From contig JANNVX010000088.1 of the NCBI GenBank assembly GCA_031414595.1, forward strand, positions 96,001 to 160,000: a DNA stretch of 64,000 nt. The letters run 5' to 3'. Shown in pieces: positions 39,299 through 47,910 of this stretch (position 1 is its first letter; each line of letters opens with the position of its first letter). The position numbers and the translations under genes are program-made. This DNA comes from Deinococcales bacterium (GTDB lineage Bacteria; Deinococcota; Deinococci; Deinococcales; JAAFIG01). The notes under the pieces are model-generated. The model did not search any database and was not told where the DNA came from. It saw only the letters and a program-made list of their open reading frames with translations.

Positions 39299-40348
39299 CT
39301 ATGAACGGATGTACTCGAGTAGCAACTTAGAAGTCTCGAGCAGTGCATTGATATGGGTGCGTTCATAGGAATGACTGGCATCGACGCCAGGTCCTATCAG
39401 GGCGCAACGGGCATCGAGTCCGGCGCTCCAAGCGGCACTGGCATCCGAGGTGTAATACGGATAAATGTCTATTTTTAAGTCAACTCCAGCTCGAGTGGCA
39501 GCTTGACGCAAGGCTTGACCAAGATTATGGTCGTATGGTCCGCTCGAGTCTTTGACACAAAGGGTACAGTGCATTTCGCTGCTGGCTTGCCCATCGCCAA
39601 TGGCTGCCATGTCTACGGCAATCACATCGGTCACATCGGTGGCGACTGTGCCAGCCGCACCATGTCCGACTTCTTCGTAATTGGTAATCACGAAATCCAC
39701 TCGAGCAGGTAGTTTCTTTTTTTCACTCAGTAACTCTTTGGTCACAGCCAGTAGAATGGCTACGCCAGCTTTGTTATCTAAGAATCTTGATTTAATATAA
39801 CCACTGTCAAAGACTTCGGTGCGTGGTTGCCAACTGACAAAATCGCCTACGCCGACCCCCAAGGCTCGAGTGTCCGAAGCACCAATTATCGCCCGTCCGT
39901 CGAGGATGGCATCAAGTCGTACTTCTAGGGTTTCGGAACTGCGTTTATTCTCGGACAGCGCCGAACCCCAAACGTGGGTCGATTGACGTACATTGACCAC
40001 TGTGCCAGACAGCACTTGCCCCGATTGGGTATGAACTTGGCAGTATTCGCCTTCGACTGTTCCCCAGTCGTAGCCGCCAAGCATGGACAAACGTAAACGA
40101 CCATTGTATTTGATCTCTTTGACCATTGCGCCCAAGGTGTCCATATGGGCAAGCACGGCTCGAGGGTTGCCTTTGCCAGTTCCAATGCTCCATTTTAATG
40201 CACCTTTATGCGAAAAAATTGGTTTTGCGCCCAAAGCAATCAATTCACGCTCGAGCCAAAGCAGGGCTTCTTGGGTAAAACCCGTCGGTGAAGGAATATC
40301 AAGCAAATCGCGTAACGATTGCAACATTTTTTGGGAGTCGAGCGCCAT
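39299..40348 (-). CDS. M42-family metallopeptidase
   Basis: IPSPTG, AHMDTLG, LDNKAG, EEVGHG, SHSYER; TAGAAT-N7-ATG at 40348. Confidence 0.9.
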   Translation of the reverse strand: MALDSQKMLQSLRDLLDIPSPTGFTQEALLWLERELIALGAKPIFSHKGALKWSIGTGKGNPRAVLAHMDTLGAMVKEIKYNGRLRLSMLGGYDWGTVEGEYCQVHTQSGQVLSGTVVNVRQSTHVWGSALSENKRSSETLEVRLDAILDGRAIIGASDTRALGVGVGDFVSWQPRTEVFDSGYIKSRFLDNKAGVAILLAVTKELLSEKKKLPARVDFVITNYEEVGHGAAGTVATDVTDVIAVDMAAIGDGQASSEMHCTLCVKDSSGPYDHNLGQALRQAATRAGVDLKIDIYPYYTSDASAAWSAGLDARCALIGPGVDASHSYERTHINALLETSKLLLEYIRS

Positions 40349-40409
40349 TTGTTTTATTCTACAAAATTTAGGAACAGCAAAACGATTTTTTTGCACATGG
40401 CGGCTATCG

Positions 40410-41372
40410 TCAGGCGGTTGCCTTGTTATAGGTAAGCAAGTCGCTAAGTCTTCGTTGCAAAGCCTGCCAAGCCTCGAGTAATGCCGGTGGTTCATCAACC
40501 TGTACCATACAACCCAAGCCCAATAGCATTGCTGCAAATGCCTCGAGATTACTTCGTTCGCAACGCAACCGTGTCCCACCATTTTCGGCTTGAATTTGAG
40601 TCCCCCAACTCGAGATTCGTCTGCCTAGAATATCGGGTGGATACTCGAGCCAGACAGAGATTTGATGGTTTTTTGGTGTATCGAACATCGTCTGTTGTAA
40701 GAGTGCAATCGCATCAATTGGAGCTTTTGGCGTAAATGTAGTCTCGAGCAATTCAAGGTCTTTAATGCGGTCAAGTCGAAAAATACGGGTATCCTGGCGC
40801 AATTCGCACCAACCAAAGGCGTACCATCGTCCGTTCCAATGCAAGACCTGCGAAATCTGCACACGGCGCAAAGAAGGTTCGTTCTTGCTGCTGTACGAAA
40901 GTTGCACCACCCGATTTTGCCGAGCCGCTTGTAACAAGGTTCTGAGGATTGCTACGTCGGTATTGACCACCCACGGGGCAGCATCCATCTGCAATGATTG
41001 CTCGAGGGTTTGGATTTGTTCACGGATGCTGTCCGGTAAAACCCGTTGTAATTTGGCATGAACAGTTTGCGCCGCAGGGGTTAAATTTTCTAAGCCAAGA
41101 CGTTGAAGTGCCTGTAAACCCAATGCCACGGCAAAGGCTTCCTCGCTCGAGAACATCATCGGAGGAAGCCTAAATCCAGCTTTTAAGCGGTACGAACCAC
41201 CCACACCACGCAGCCCTTGGACTGGAATCCCCAAATCTTGTAAACGCAGAATATAGCGCTGCACACTGCGCGGGCTGACCTCGAGCCGCCGCGCCAATTC
41301 TACCCCAGAGATGCTTTCATAGGATTGTAAAAGCTCGAGTACCGCCAATACCCGCATCGAAGGATCGTACAT
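40410..41372 (-). CDS. YafY-like HTH-WYL transcriptional regulator
   Basis: HTH_11 N-terminus, WYAFGWC..R.FRLDRI. Confidence 0.93.
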   Translation of the reverse strand: MYDPSMRVLAVLELLQSYESISGVELARRLEVSPRSVQRYILRLQDLGIPVQGLRGVGGSYRLKAGFRLPPMMFSSEEAFAVALGLQALQRLGLENLTPAAQTVHAKLQRVLPDSIREQIQTLEQSLQMDAAPWVVNTDVAILRTLLQAARQNRVVQLSYSSKNEPSLRRVQISQVLHWNGRWYAFGWCELRQDTRIFRLDRIKDLELLETTFTPKAPIDAIALLQQTMFDTPKNHQISVWLEYPPDILGRRISSWGTQIQAENGGTRLRCERSNLEAFAAMLLGLGCMVQVDEPPALLEAWQALQRRLSDLLTYNKATA

Positions 41373-41389
41373 GCTGGTAGTATGACTTA

Positions 41390-41416
41390 AAATTACGACA
41401 AGTCCTGACGTAATTT
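41390..41416. promoter_or_regulatory. palindromic operator AAATTACG-N11-CGTAATTT
   Basis: Perfect 8-bp arms between the divergent WYL and DinB genes, just upstream of a TATGCT -10. Confidence 0.65.
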
Positions 41417-41446
41417 GGCATTATGCTCTGTTTGGAGGTAATACCT

Positions 41447-41932
41447 ATGAATATGTCCACAACCGAACAAGCCTTTTTCTCACCAGAACAATTTCTGTAC
41501 CACTTCCAAGGTCATCGGCAACTGACCCGCAGTACAATAGAAGCCTTTCCAGATGACCAGTTATTCACCTTCAAAGCCGCTTCAAATATGCGACCCTTTG
41601 GCGAGATGGCATGGGAAATGCACCTCACCAGCCAAATGACCTTAAGCGGGTTGCAAAGCGGCGTTTGGAACGAACCAGATTGGAAAAAGCCTGCCGATAA
41701 AACCGTGCTACTCGAGGCATGGGATGAACTGACTGAGCAACTAAACCAGCAATTCACACAAATTCCACTCGAGCAGTTTCAAAAAACCCATGTCCTGCCT
41801 TGGTTTCCAATGACTGGCTTGGTTGCGTTACTGTACAACATAGACAACGAAATCCATCACCGAGGACAAGGTTATGTGTATTTACGGGTCTTGGGGATAG
41901 AACCACCACTGTTTTATCAGCGCCAGATGTAG
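41447..41932 (+). CDS. DinB/YfiT-family protein
   Basis: NEIHHRGQ motif; GGAGG RBS. Confidence 0.9.
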   Translation: MNMSTTEQAFFSPEQFLYHFQGHRQLTRSTIEAFPDDQLFTFKAASNMRPFGEMAWEMHLTSQMTLSGLQSGVWNEPDWKKPADKTVLLEAWDELTEQLNQQFTQIPLEQFQKTHVLPWFPMTGLVALLYNIDNEIHHRGQGYVYLRVLGIEPPLFYQRQM

Positions 41933-42071
41933 TTTGTAAGGCTCAAGTCAAGTGCGGAATTGGCTCGAGCCAATTTCCGCGAAATGTATTCAAACTCTTT
42001 GAAAATGAGTAAGACAAATCTAGTAACACTGGATTATCCTTGTCCTCAGCACATTTAGACAAGGAGTACAT

Positions 42072-43034
42072 ATGATTTTACAACAACATTTAGAAAATTC
42101 TGGGTTTGGTTATCGTTCCACGGCTGCCGATGTGGTCAAAGGAATCGATTTAACAGGCAAAACGGCGGTCGTCACAGGTGGTTACTCTGGAATCGGCACT
42201 GAAACAGTACGGGCTTTGGTTGGTGTCGGCGCACAGGTGATTGTTGGGGCGCGTCGTCCTGATGTGGCACAGACCAACCTGGCTGGTATGCCAAGAGTCA
42301 CGATTCTTGAGCTTGACCTTGGAGCGCCAGAGTCCATAAATTCGTTTAGCTTGGCAGTGTCATCACGCCTCACCCAACTGGACATGCTAATTAATAACGC
42401 GGCAATCATGGCAAACCCACTAACTCGAGACCAGCGCGGCTTTGAAAGTCAGTTGGCAGTCAATCATCTTGGTCATTTTCAACTCACCGCCCGTTTATGG
42501 AGATTGTTATGTGCAGCCCCGAGTGCAAGGGTGGTTACGCTGACCTCATCGGCTCATGGTGGCAATGGACTCGAGGTTAACGACCTAAACTTTGAAACTC
42601 GAGCTTATGAAAAGTGGACTGCTTATTCCCAAGCCAAATCTGCCAATGCACTTTTTGCACTTTCTTTAGATAAAAGAGGTCAGCCGCATGGTGTGCGTTC
42701 CTTTGCAGTAGACCCCGGTGGTATTGACACACCACTGCAACGCCACATGGCTGACGAAGAAAAAATTGCCATGGGTTGGATGGACAAAGACGGCAAGCTA
42801 AATGATTTACTCAAAACAGTCGAACAAGGTGCGGCAACCACCATCTGGTGCGCTACATCTTCGGTACTGAACGACATGGGTGGTGTCTACTGCGAAAATT
42901 GCAATATCGCCCAACCGTGGCAAGCTGGCAATCCGCCGATGATAGGTGTTCATCCTCACGTCCGCGACGAAGCACTGGCAGAGGCGTTATGGAAAAAGTC
43001 CGAAGATTTACTCGGCGAAAAGTTTCCTGGCTAA
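42072..43034 (+). CDS. SDR oxidoreductase (retinol-DH-like)
   Basis: TGGYSGIG, NNAAIM, YSQAK. Confidence 0.92.
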   Translation: MILQQHLENSGFGYRSTAADVVKGIDLTGKTAVVTGGYSGIGTETVRALVGVGAQVIVGARRPDVAQTNLAGMPRVTILELDLGAPESINSFSLAVSSRLTQLDMLINNAAIMANPLTRDQRGFESQLAVNHLGHFQLTARLWRLLCAAPSARVVTLTSSAHGGNGLEVNDLNFETRAYEKWTAYSQAKSANALFALSLDKRGQPHGVRSFAVDPGGIDTPLQRHMADEEKIAMGWMDKDGKLNDLLKTVEQGAATTIWCATSSVLNDMGGVYCENCNIAQPWQAGNPPMIGVHPHVRDEALAEALWKKSEDLLGEKFPG

Positions 43035-43047
43035 AGGAGTATCCATT

Positions 43048-43476
43048 ATGAAAAGTATAGAAAATCTGAATACAGGCGGTACTTCACGAAAAATTGCCCG
43101 AAACGTTTTTATTGGATTTGCGGGATTCAACGGGTTAATCGCAGTTCTTCTCGGGGTGATGACCTTGGTCAATATGCAGGGTGTTTTTGAAGGCTTTGGA
43201 ATCACCTTTACTCGAGAATTAAATTCAATTGGATTACCTGCGGCTGGGCTGCTGATTTTAGTTGGTGTACTGGTTTTTATCAGCATTTATTGGCTTGTGC
43301 AGGGAAAAATCGAAGGGATTTTAGTTCCTGTTGGACACGCTGCCTTTCTATTCGTCTTGGGATTTATGGCTTTGGCTCGGCTTGGCGCAACCGATATTCT
43401 TTTGATTGATAGCATCCGTGGTTTCTTGGCGATGGTCGCGGGTTACTTTGCTTATCAAGAAATGAGGCAAGGATGA
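43048..43476 (+). CDS. small membrane protein (~4 TM)
   Basis: AAGGAG RBS; four hydrophobic segments. Confidence 0.7.
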   Translation: MKSIENLNTGGTSRKIARNVFIGFAGFNGLIAVLLGVMTLVNMQGVFEGFGITFTRELNSIGLPAAGLLILVGVLVFISIYWLVQGKIEGILVPVGHAAFLFVLGFMALARLGATDILLIDSIRGFLAMVAGYFAYQEMRQG

Positions 43477-44378
43477 CCGAAATTGTTCAACTCAAAACTA
43501 TTGCCGAATTACACCGATTTTTTGGCGTGGACAAACCACTCCATCCATTGATTTCAATTTCTTGGCACAAAGCAGACCAAAAATTTAGTTTTGGAGAAGT
43601 TCGTGTAACAAGTGATTTGTACCATATCTCGCTGAAAGGCGATATGCGCGGCGCATTTACTTATGGGCGCAATTCTTACGATTTTGAAGAAGGAACATTG
43701 GTCTTCACTGCACCCGGGCAAGTGGCATCTTTTGGGCAATCAGATTTTGAAATGACCAATTCGGGATGGTCGCTGATGTTTCATCCTGATTTAATCAGAA
43801 AATCCGAATTGGGACGCACGATTAAAGACTATTCGTTTTTTGATTATGCGGTTCATGAGGCGCTGCATGTTTCCGAAAAAGAAAGCAGCATTTTAACTGA
43901 TTTGGTTAAAAAAGTGGAAATAGAACTGCAACAAAACATTGATGACCATTCTCAGGATTTAATGATTGTGATGCTCGAGGCAATCTTAAAGTATTGTCGT
44001 CGCTACTATAATCGTCAATTTCATACACGGACAAACCTAAATAAAGACCTGATTGTTCGGTTTGAAGCCTATCTCGAGACGTATTTTGCATCACAAGAAC
44101 TGCTCGAGCGCGGGCTACCAACCGTGACGCAATGTGGTGAAGCCTTGAACATGACTGGTTCTTATCTGAGCGATTTGTTGAAACTCGAGACTGGTAAAAG
44201 TGCTTTAACCTACATCCATGCGTATGTGATTGAAGCGGCAAAAACATTGTTGCTGGGAACAAATGATTCGGTTGGTGAAGTGGCGTACCGACTGGGTTTT
44301 CAATACCAGCAGCACTTCAGCAAGCTATTTAAGTCTAAAACAGGGGTTAGTCCATCGGACTTTCGCAATACAAATTGA
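43473..44378 (+). CDS. AraC-family regulator
   Basis: YGRNSYDF N-domain; EVAYRLGF..HFSKLFK..TGVSP. Confidence 0.92.
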   Translation: MTEIVQLKTIAELHRFFGVDKPLHPLISISWHKADQKFSFGEVRVTSDLYHISLKGDMRGAFTYGRNSYDFEEGTLVFTAPGQVASFGQSDFEMTNSGWSLMFHPDLIRKSELGRTIKDYSFFDYAVHEALHVSEKESSILTDLVKKVEIELQQNIDDHSQDLMIVMLEAILKYCRRYYNRQFHTRTNLNKDLIVRFEAYLETYFASQELLERGLPTVTQCGEALNMTGSYLSDLLKLETGKSALTYIHAYVIEAAKTLLLGTNDSVGEVAYRLGFQYQQHFSKLFKSKTGVSPSDFRNTN

Positions 44379-44580
44379 CAATTTGGTTGTAGCATAGCAA
44401 GACAATTCAGGCTCAATAGTTGTGATTGGCGCTTGGATGGTTCAGGATATGTATATTTTAGTACTGATGTAGATGCGTTTATTACTAGGTAGAATTAGGA
44501 GTGTTCGCAATCGTTATGGATTTAATTTCCCGAGGTACGTTTCGGGGAATTATTGTTTGAGAGCTTGGTATGCTTGTTTT

Positions 44581-44686
44581 ATGATTTCAGTTCTGATTCC
44601 AGCCGCAGGCAGTGGCGAACGCCTCGGCTTAGACGCGAAGGCATTGCTCGAGTTAAATGGGCTAACCCTTCTCGAGCGGGCGATTC
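44581..44686 (+). pseudogene. truncated duplicate of the ispD 5' end (~35 codons)
   Basis: MISVLIPAAGSGERLGLDAKALLELNGLTLLERAI, near-identical to 54718 onward; has TATGCT-N6-ATG. Confidence 0.85.
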
Positions 44687-44695
44687 AATGCTATC

Positions 44696-44818
44696 CCAAT
44701 TGCTCGGGTAGCATTGCGACCATTGGCTGTGGTTGTGCCGCCCAGTCTCGAGAATAGTTTAATTCGGGCAAGTGGCTTTAATCCTAGTGGCACAAGCGAA
44801 GGCAGTTTGAAAGTGGTG
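44696..44818 (+). repeat. orphan partial copy of the lipoprotein internal repeat
   Basis: Near-identical to parts of 49893-50192 and 53371-53670. Confidence 0.88.
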
Positions 44819-44899
44819 TGAAGAAAGTGACCAGAAGAATTTTGTGGTCTCGAGTAGGATGGTATTGGAAGTTTAGGCTCGAGAATTAAGGGAGGTTTT

Positions 44900-46468
44900 A
44901 TGTTCAATGTTCAAAGAATGAAATGGATTATTTTACCGTTATGCTTACTGATTGTGACGGGATTAGCACAGCAAATGGTGCAATTGCCAGAACCTGATCT
45001 AAATGCTTTTCCAGTACCGATTGTCAAAGCTAATATAAAGAAATTAGCTGAATATCCTATCGACACGAATTTAACCCAATTCCATTCATTAAAACGTGAA
45101 ATTAGTATGGATTTACTTGCTATTGGCGAACATGTATTTTTTGCAGATAATAATACAGTTTATCGAATTACAAACAGTGAAAAACGTATACTGACTTTTA
45201 ATGAACCGTTGACTCGAGTTATTACAGATTGGCAAACTCGTTTATTTGTGATGACCCAGAAACAGTGGATATTTATTTTTGATGTAAATACATTAAAACT
45301 ACTAACAAAATTCCAAGTTAAATATGACCAAGAAATAAGTGATTTTGTTTATCTACCTAAAGACATTATTCTAGTGGGTTTCAATCTTTGGAAAGATGAG
45401 TCACGAAAAACCCCCCATCCATTGGCTGCTATTGCCTACTCTCCAACTGGGAAAGTGGTTTGGAGTATCAAAAACACCGCTAAAATTTTTACGGATTTTG
45501 ATGAACGTCGTTTCTTTGAGGTTTTGCAAGTTGGAACTCGAGGATTTGTCGCAAATTGTTGTAGTTTTCCTACTCAAGTAAATAGTTACGAAGGGGCTTT
45601 GAAAACCGCATTTATATATGAAAATAAAACAGGTAAATTAAAACTCTTAGAACTCAGTCGTGGAACGCAAGAACCAAATCCACCTCAGTTTACATCTGGT
45701 ACTACAAATCCTGATTTGTATGCTAATTCTAAAGCTTCCATAAATATAAGTGAATTTAAGATTCTTGATGCGAGATATAAGTTTTCAGATGTTTATTCCC
45801 ATATTTCGGAAAAATTCTCTAAGCTCGCTCCAACTTGCGATAATTTGTTTAATTCAATGAAGTGGAATTACAAACGCAGCCCTGATATTTATAGCGAAGC
45901 AATAGTATTGCTAAATTTACTATTTTCTGATGAGGTTCTATTTTTTTCATATACTTTGCCAAACATATGTGGCTCTGTCACCTCTGGTTTTGATGTAGCA
46001 AAGAAAACGTTTTTTGGACACGAAAAATATATATCTTGCTTAAACAATAGTATTGAGGATTTTGCCAATGGTACTAAAAAGATAATAAATAAAATCCTGA
46101 CAAAAAACAAAAAATTATTTATTAACTTATATGACTCAACTATCATAGAAATAAATGATAAAAACTCATTAAAGACAGCTTGTTTATGGAAATTTGATAA
46201 GAAATACACTAAGGAGGACGGAAGTTCATTTATTGATTTCAAAACTTATAAAATTTCATCAAAAACATATGGAAATGAAAATTGGTTTGTTTCTATCAAT
46301 AAAGATATGCTTACTCAGATAATTTTAGTAGGTAGCCCAAAAACTGAAAATATAACTCAAATAAATGCCTATGAGATTGACATAAAAGGAGATTCATTAC
46401 TTATGGTTAATAACTTTCTATATTCAAACTCAGGTCGTAAAATTTCCATCTATGGGGTAAAAAAATGA
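44900..46468 (+). CDS. secreted protein, paralogue A
   Basis: Signal peptide; N-half clearly homologous to the next gene; AT-rich. Confidence 0.75.
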   Translation: MFNVQRMKWIILPLCLLIVTGLAQQMVQLPEPDLNAFPVPIVKANIKKLAEYPIDTNLTQFHSLKREISMDLLAIGEHVFFADNNTVYRITNSEKRILTFNEPLTRVITDWQTRLFVMTQKQWIFIFDVNTLKLLTKFQVKYDQEISDFVYLPKDIILVGFNLWKDESRKTPHPLAAIAYSPTGKVVWSIKNTAKIFTDFDERRFFEVLQVGTRGFVANCCSFPTQVNSYEGALKTAFIYENKTGKLKLLELSRGTQEPNPPQFTSGTTNPDLYANSKASINISEFKILDARYKFSDVYSHISEKFSKLAPTCDNLFNSMKWNYKRSPDIYSEAIVLLNLLFSDEVLFFSYTLPNICGSVTSGFDVAKKTFFGHEKYISCLNNSIEDFANGTKKIINKILTKNKKLFINLYDSTIIEINDKNSLKTACLWKFDKKYTKEDGSSFIDFKTYKISSKTYGNENWFVSINKDMLTQIILVGSPKTENITQINAYEIDIKGDSLLMVNNFLYSNSGRKISIYGVKK

Positions 46469-47910
46469 AATGGATTATTTGTTTACTGTGTTTGTTTATG
46501 ACTAGCCTTGCACAACAAGCAGTACAAATACCAGAACCAAATTGGAATGCTTTTCCAGTCCCAATCGTAGATGCAACCACTCAAAAAATAGCTGAATTCC
46601 CAATAGATACCAGCTTGACTCAGTTTCAATCTTTGAAACGCGAAATTAACACTGATGTTCTATTTTTAGGAAATCATGCTGTATTTGCTGCGAATAAAAC
46701 TGTTTACCAAATAACCAATGGTCAAAAGCGTAGTCTCGAGTTTGCAGAGCCTTTGTTTCGAGTGATAACAGATTGGCAAAGCAGATTGTTTGTTATCACC
46801 CAAAAACGATGGGTTCATATTATTGATGTCAACACCTTAAAAACATTAGTCAAGTTTCAAGCGAAGTATGACCAAGTGTTAAGTGATGTTGCGTACTTAC
46901 CAAATAATGTTGTCCTAGTTGGTTTTAATTTCTGGGGTGACAATAACCGAAAAATAAGAAATCCAATTGTAGCGGCGGCTTACAATATGAATGGTAAAGA
47001 AATTTGGAACATCAAGAACACTTTGAACGCTAACCCTGTGGATTCAGATCATTTTTCGTATGAATTTGAAATTCTACAAGTGGGGACTCGAGGATTTATA
47101 GCCAATTGCTGTAATGCACCTAAAGATGACATTCAAGAAGGCTTTGTTTATGAAAGTAAAAACGGTCAAGTTAAAGTCAAGAATGTTACTTACCAAGGAC
47201 CGCCAGGGGCGTTTTTTGGAGGTAAGTATGTGAATTTAGATGACCCAGATACTTATTATGGACGTGTAGCAGGAGTTAGTATTGTTGATCTATACAATTT
47301 TAAGTTTCTAGTTAATCAAATAGGTTTGCCAGATGCTTATTCTACTATTCCAGACATAGAAAAAGGATGTAAGGCACTGGGACTAGACCCTATTAGATCG
47401 GTGACAAAAAGTTATCACTTGAGTTCTTGGTACAACAAAGATTGTAGTGGAAAACTATATATTTTTGATAGAGTCAAAAATAGGTATTTAGATTGGAGTA
47501 AGCCTCAAAATTGTATGAGAGAAAAATATGGTGACAGGCAAGGATCAAATGTAAATGAAATAAAAATTCGTGGAGTTTCTTATTTTATTGATCCTTTTAC
47601 TTTTTCTTTCTCTAAAATAGTTAAAGATGAGATTTCAACCTCTTGTATTTATAGTTTTGATAAAACAATTTTTCCAACAGATGAATGGAAAGAGCATTCC
47701 ATAAATTTATATAAATGGTCAAATGATTCATTTTTAATAAGAATTGAAAATAGAATTTTAGAAAACAATTCCCAAGATAACTTAATTTATTCAAATTCCT
47801 TGCAAAAATTACTAAAAATAAAGGCAAAGAGGCAATCCGTGATTCAAGGTGATTTTTTACTTGAAATTGACCAGAAATTAAATCTCAAGCGATATAAGGT
47901 GGCAAAATGA
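46465..47910 (+). CDS. secreted protein, paralogue B
   Basis: Shared NAFPVPIV, RVITDWQ.RLFV, LQVGTRGF.ANCC. Confidence 0.75.
   Translation: MKWIICLLCLFMTSLAQQAVQIPEPNWNAFPVPIVDATTQKIAEFPIDTSLTQFQSLKREINTDVLFLGNHAVFAANKTVYQITNGQKRSLEFAEPLFRVITDWQSRLFVITQKRWVHIIDVNTLKTLVKFQAKYDQVLSDVAYLPNNVVLVGFNFWGDNNRKIRNPIVAAAYNMNGKEIWNIKNTLNANPVDSDHFSYEFEILQVGTRGFIANCCNAPKDDIQEGFVYESKNGQVKVKNVTYQGPPGAFFGGKYVNLDDPDTYYGRVAGVSIVDLYNFKFLVNQIGLPDAYSTIPDIEKGCKALGLDPIRSVTKSYHLSSWYNKDCSGKLYIFDRVKNRYLDWSKPQNCMREKYGDRQGSNVNEIKIRGVSYFIDPFTFSFSKIVKDEISTSCIYSFDKTIFPTDEWKEHSINLYKWSNDSFLIRIENRILENNSQDNLIYSNSLQKLLKIKAKRQSVIQGDFLLEIDQKLNLKRYKVAK

Noticed and set aside
40349-40582. Extension of the M42 peptidase ORF
   Set aside because: Overlaps the WYL gene in another frame; a promoter and start are evident at 40348.
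44523-44552. Hairpin TAATTTCCCGA..TCGGGGAATTA near the island's left edge as an att site
   Set aside because: No convincing counterpart at the right edge; more likely a terminator or operator.
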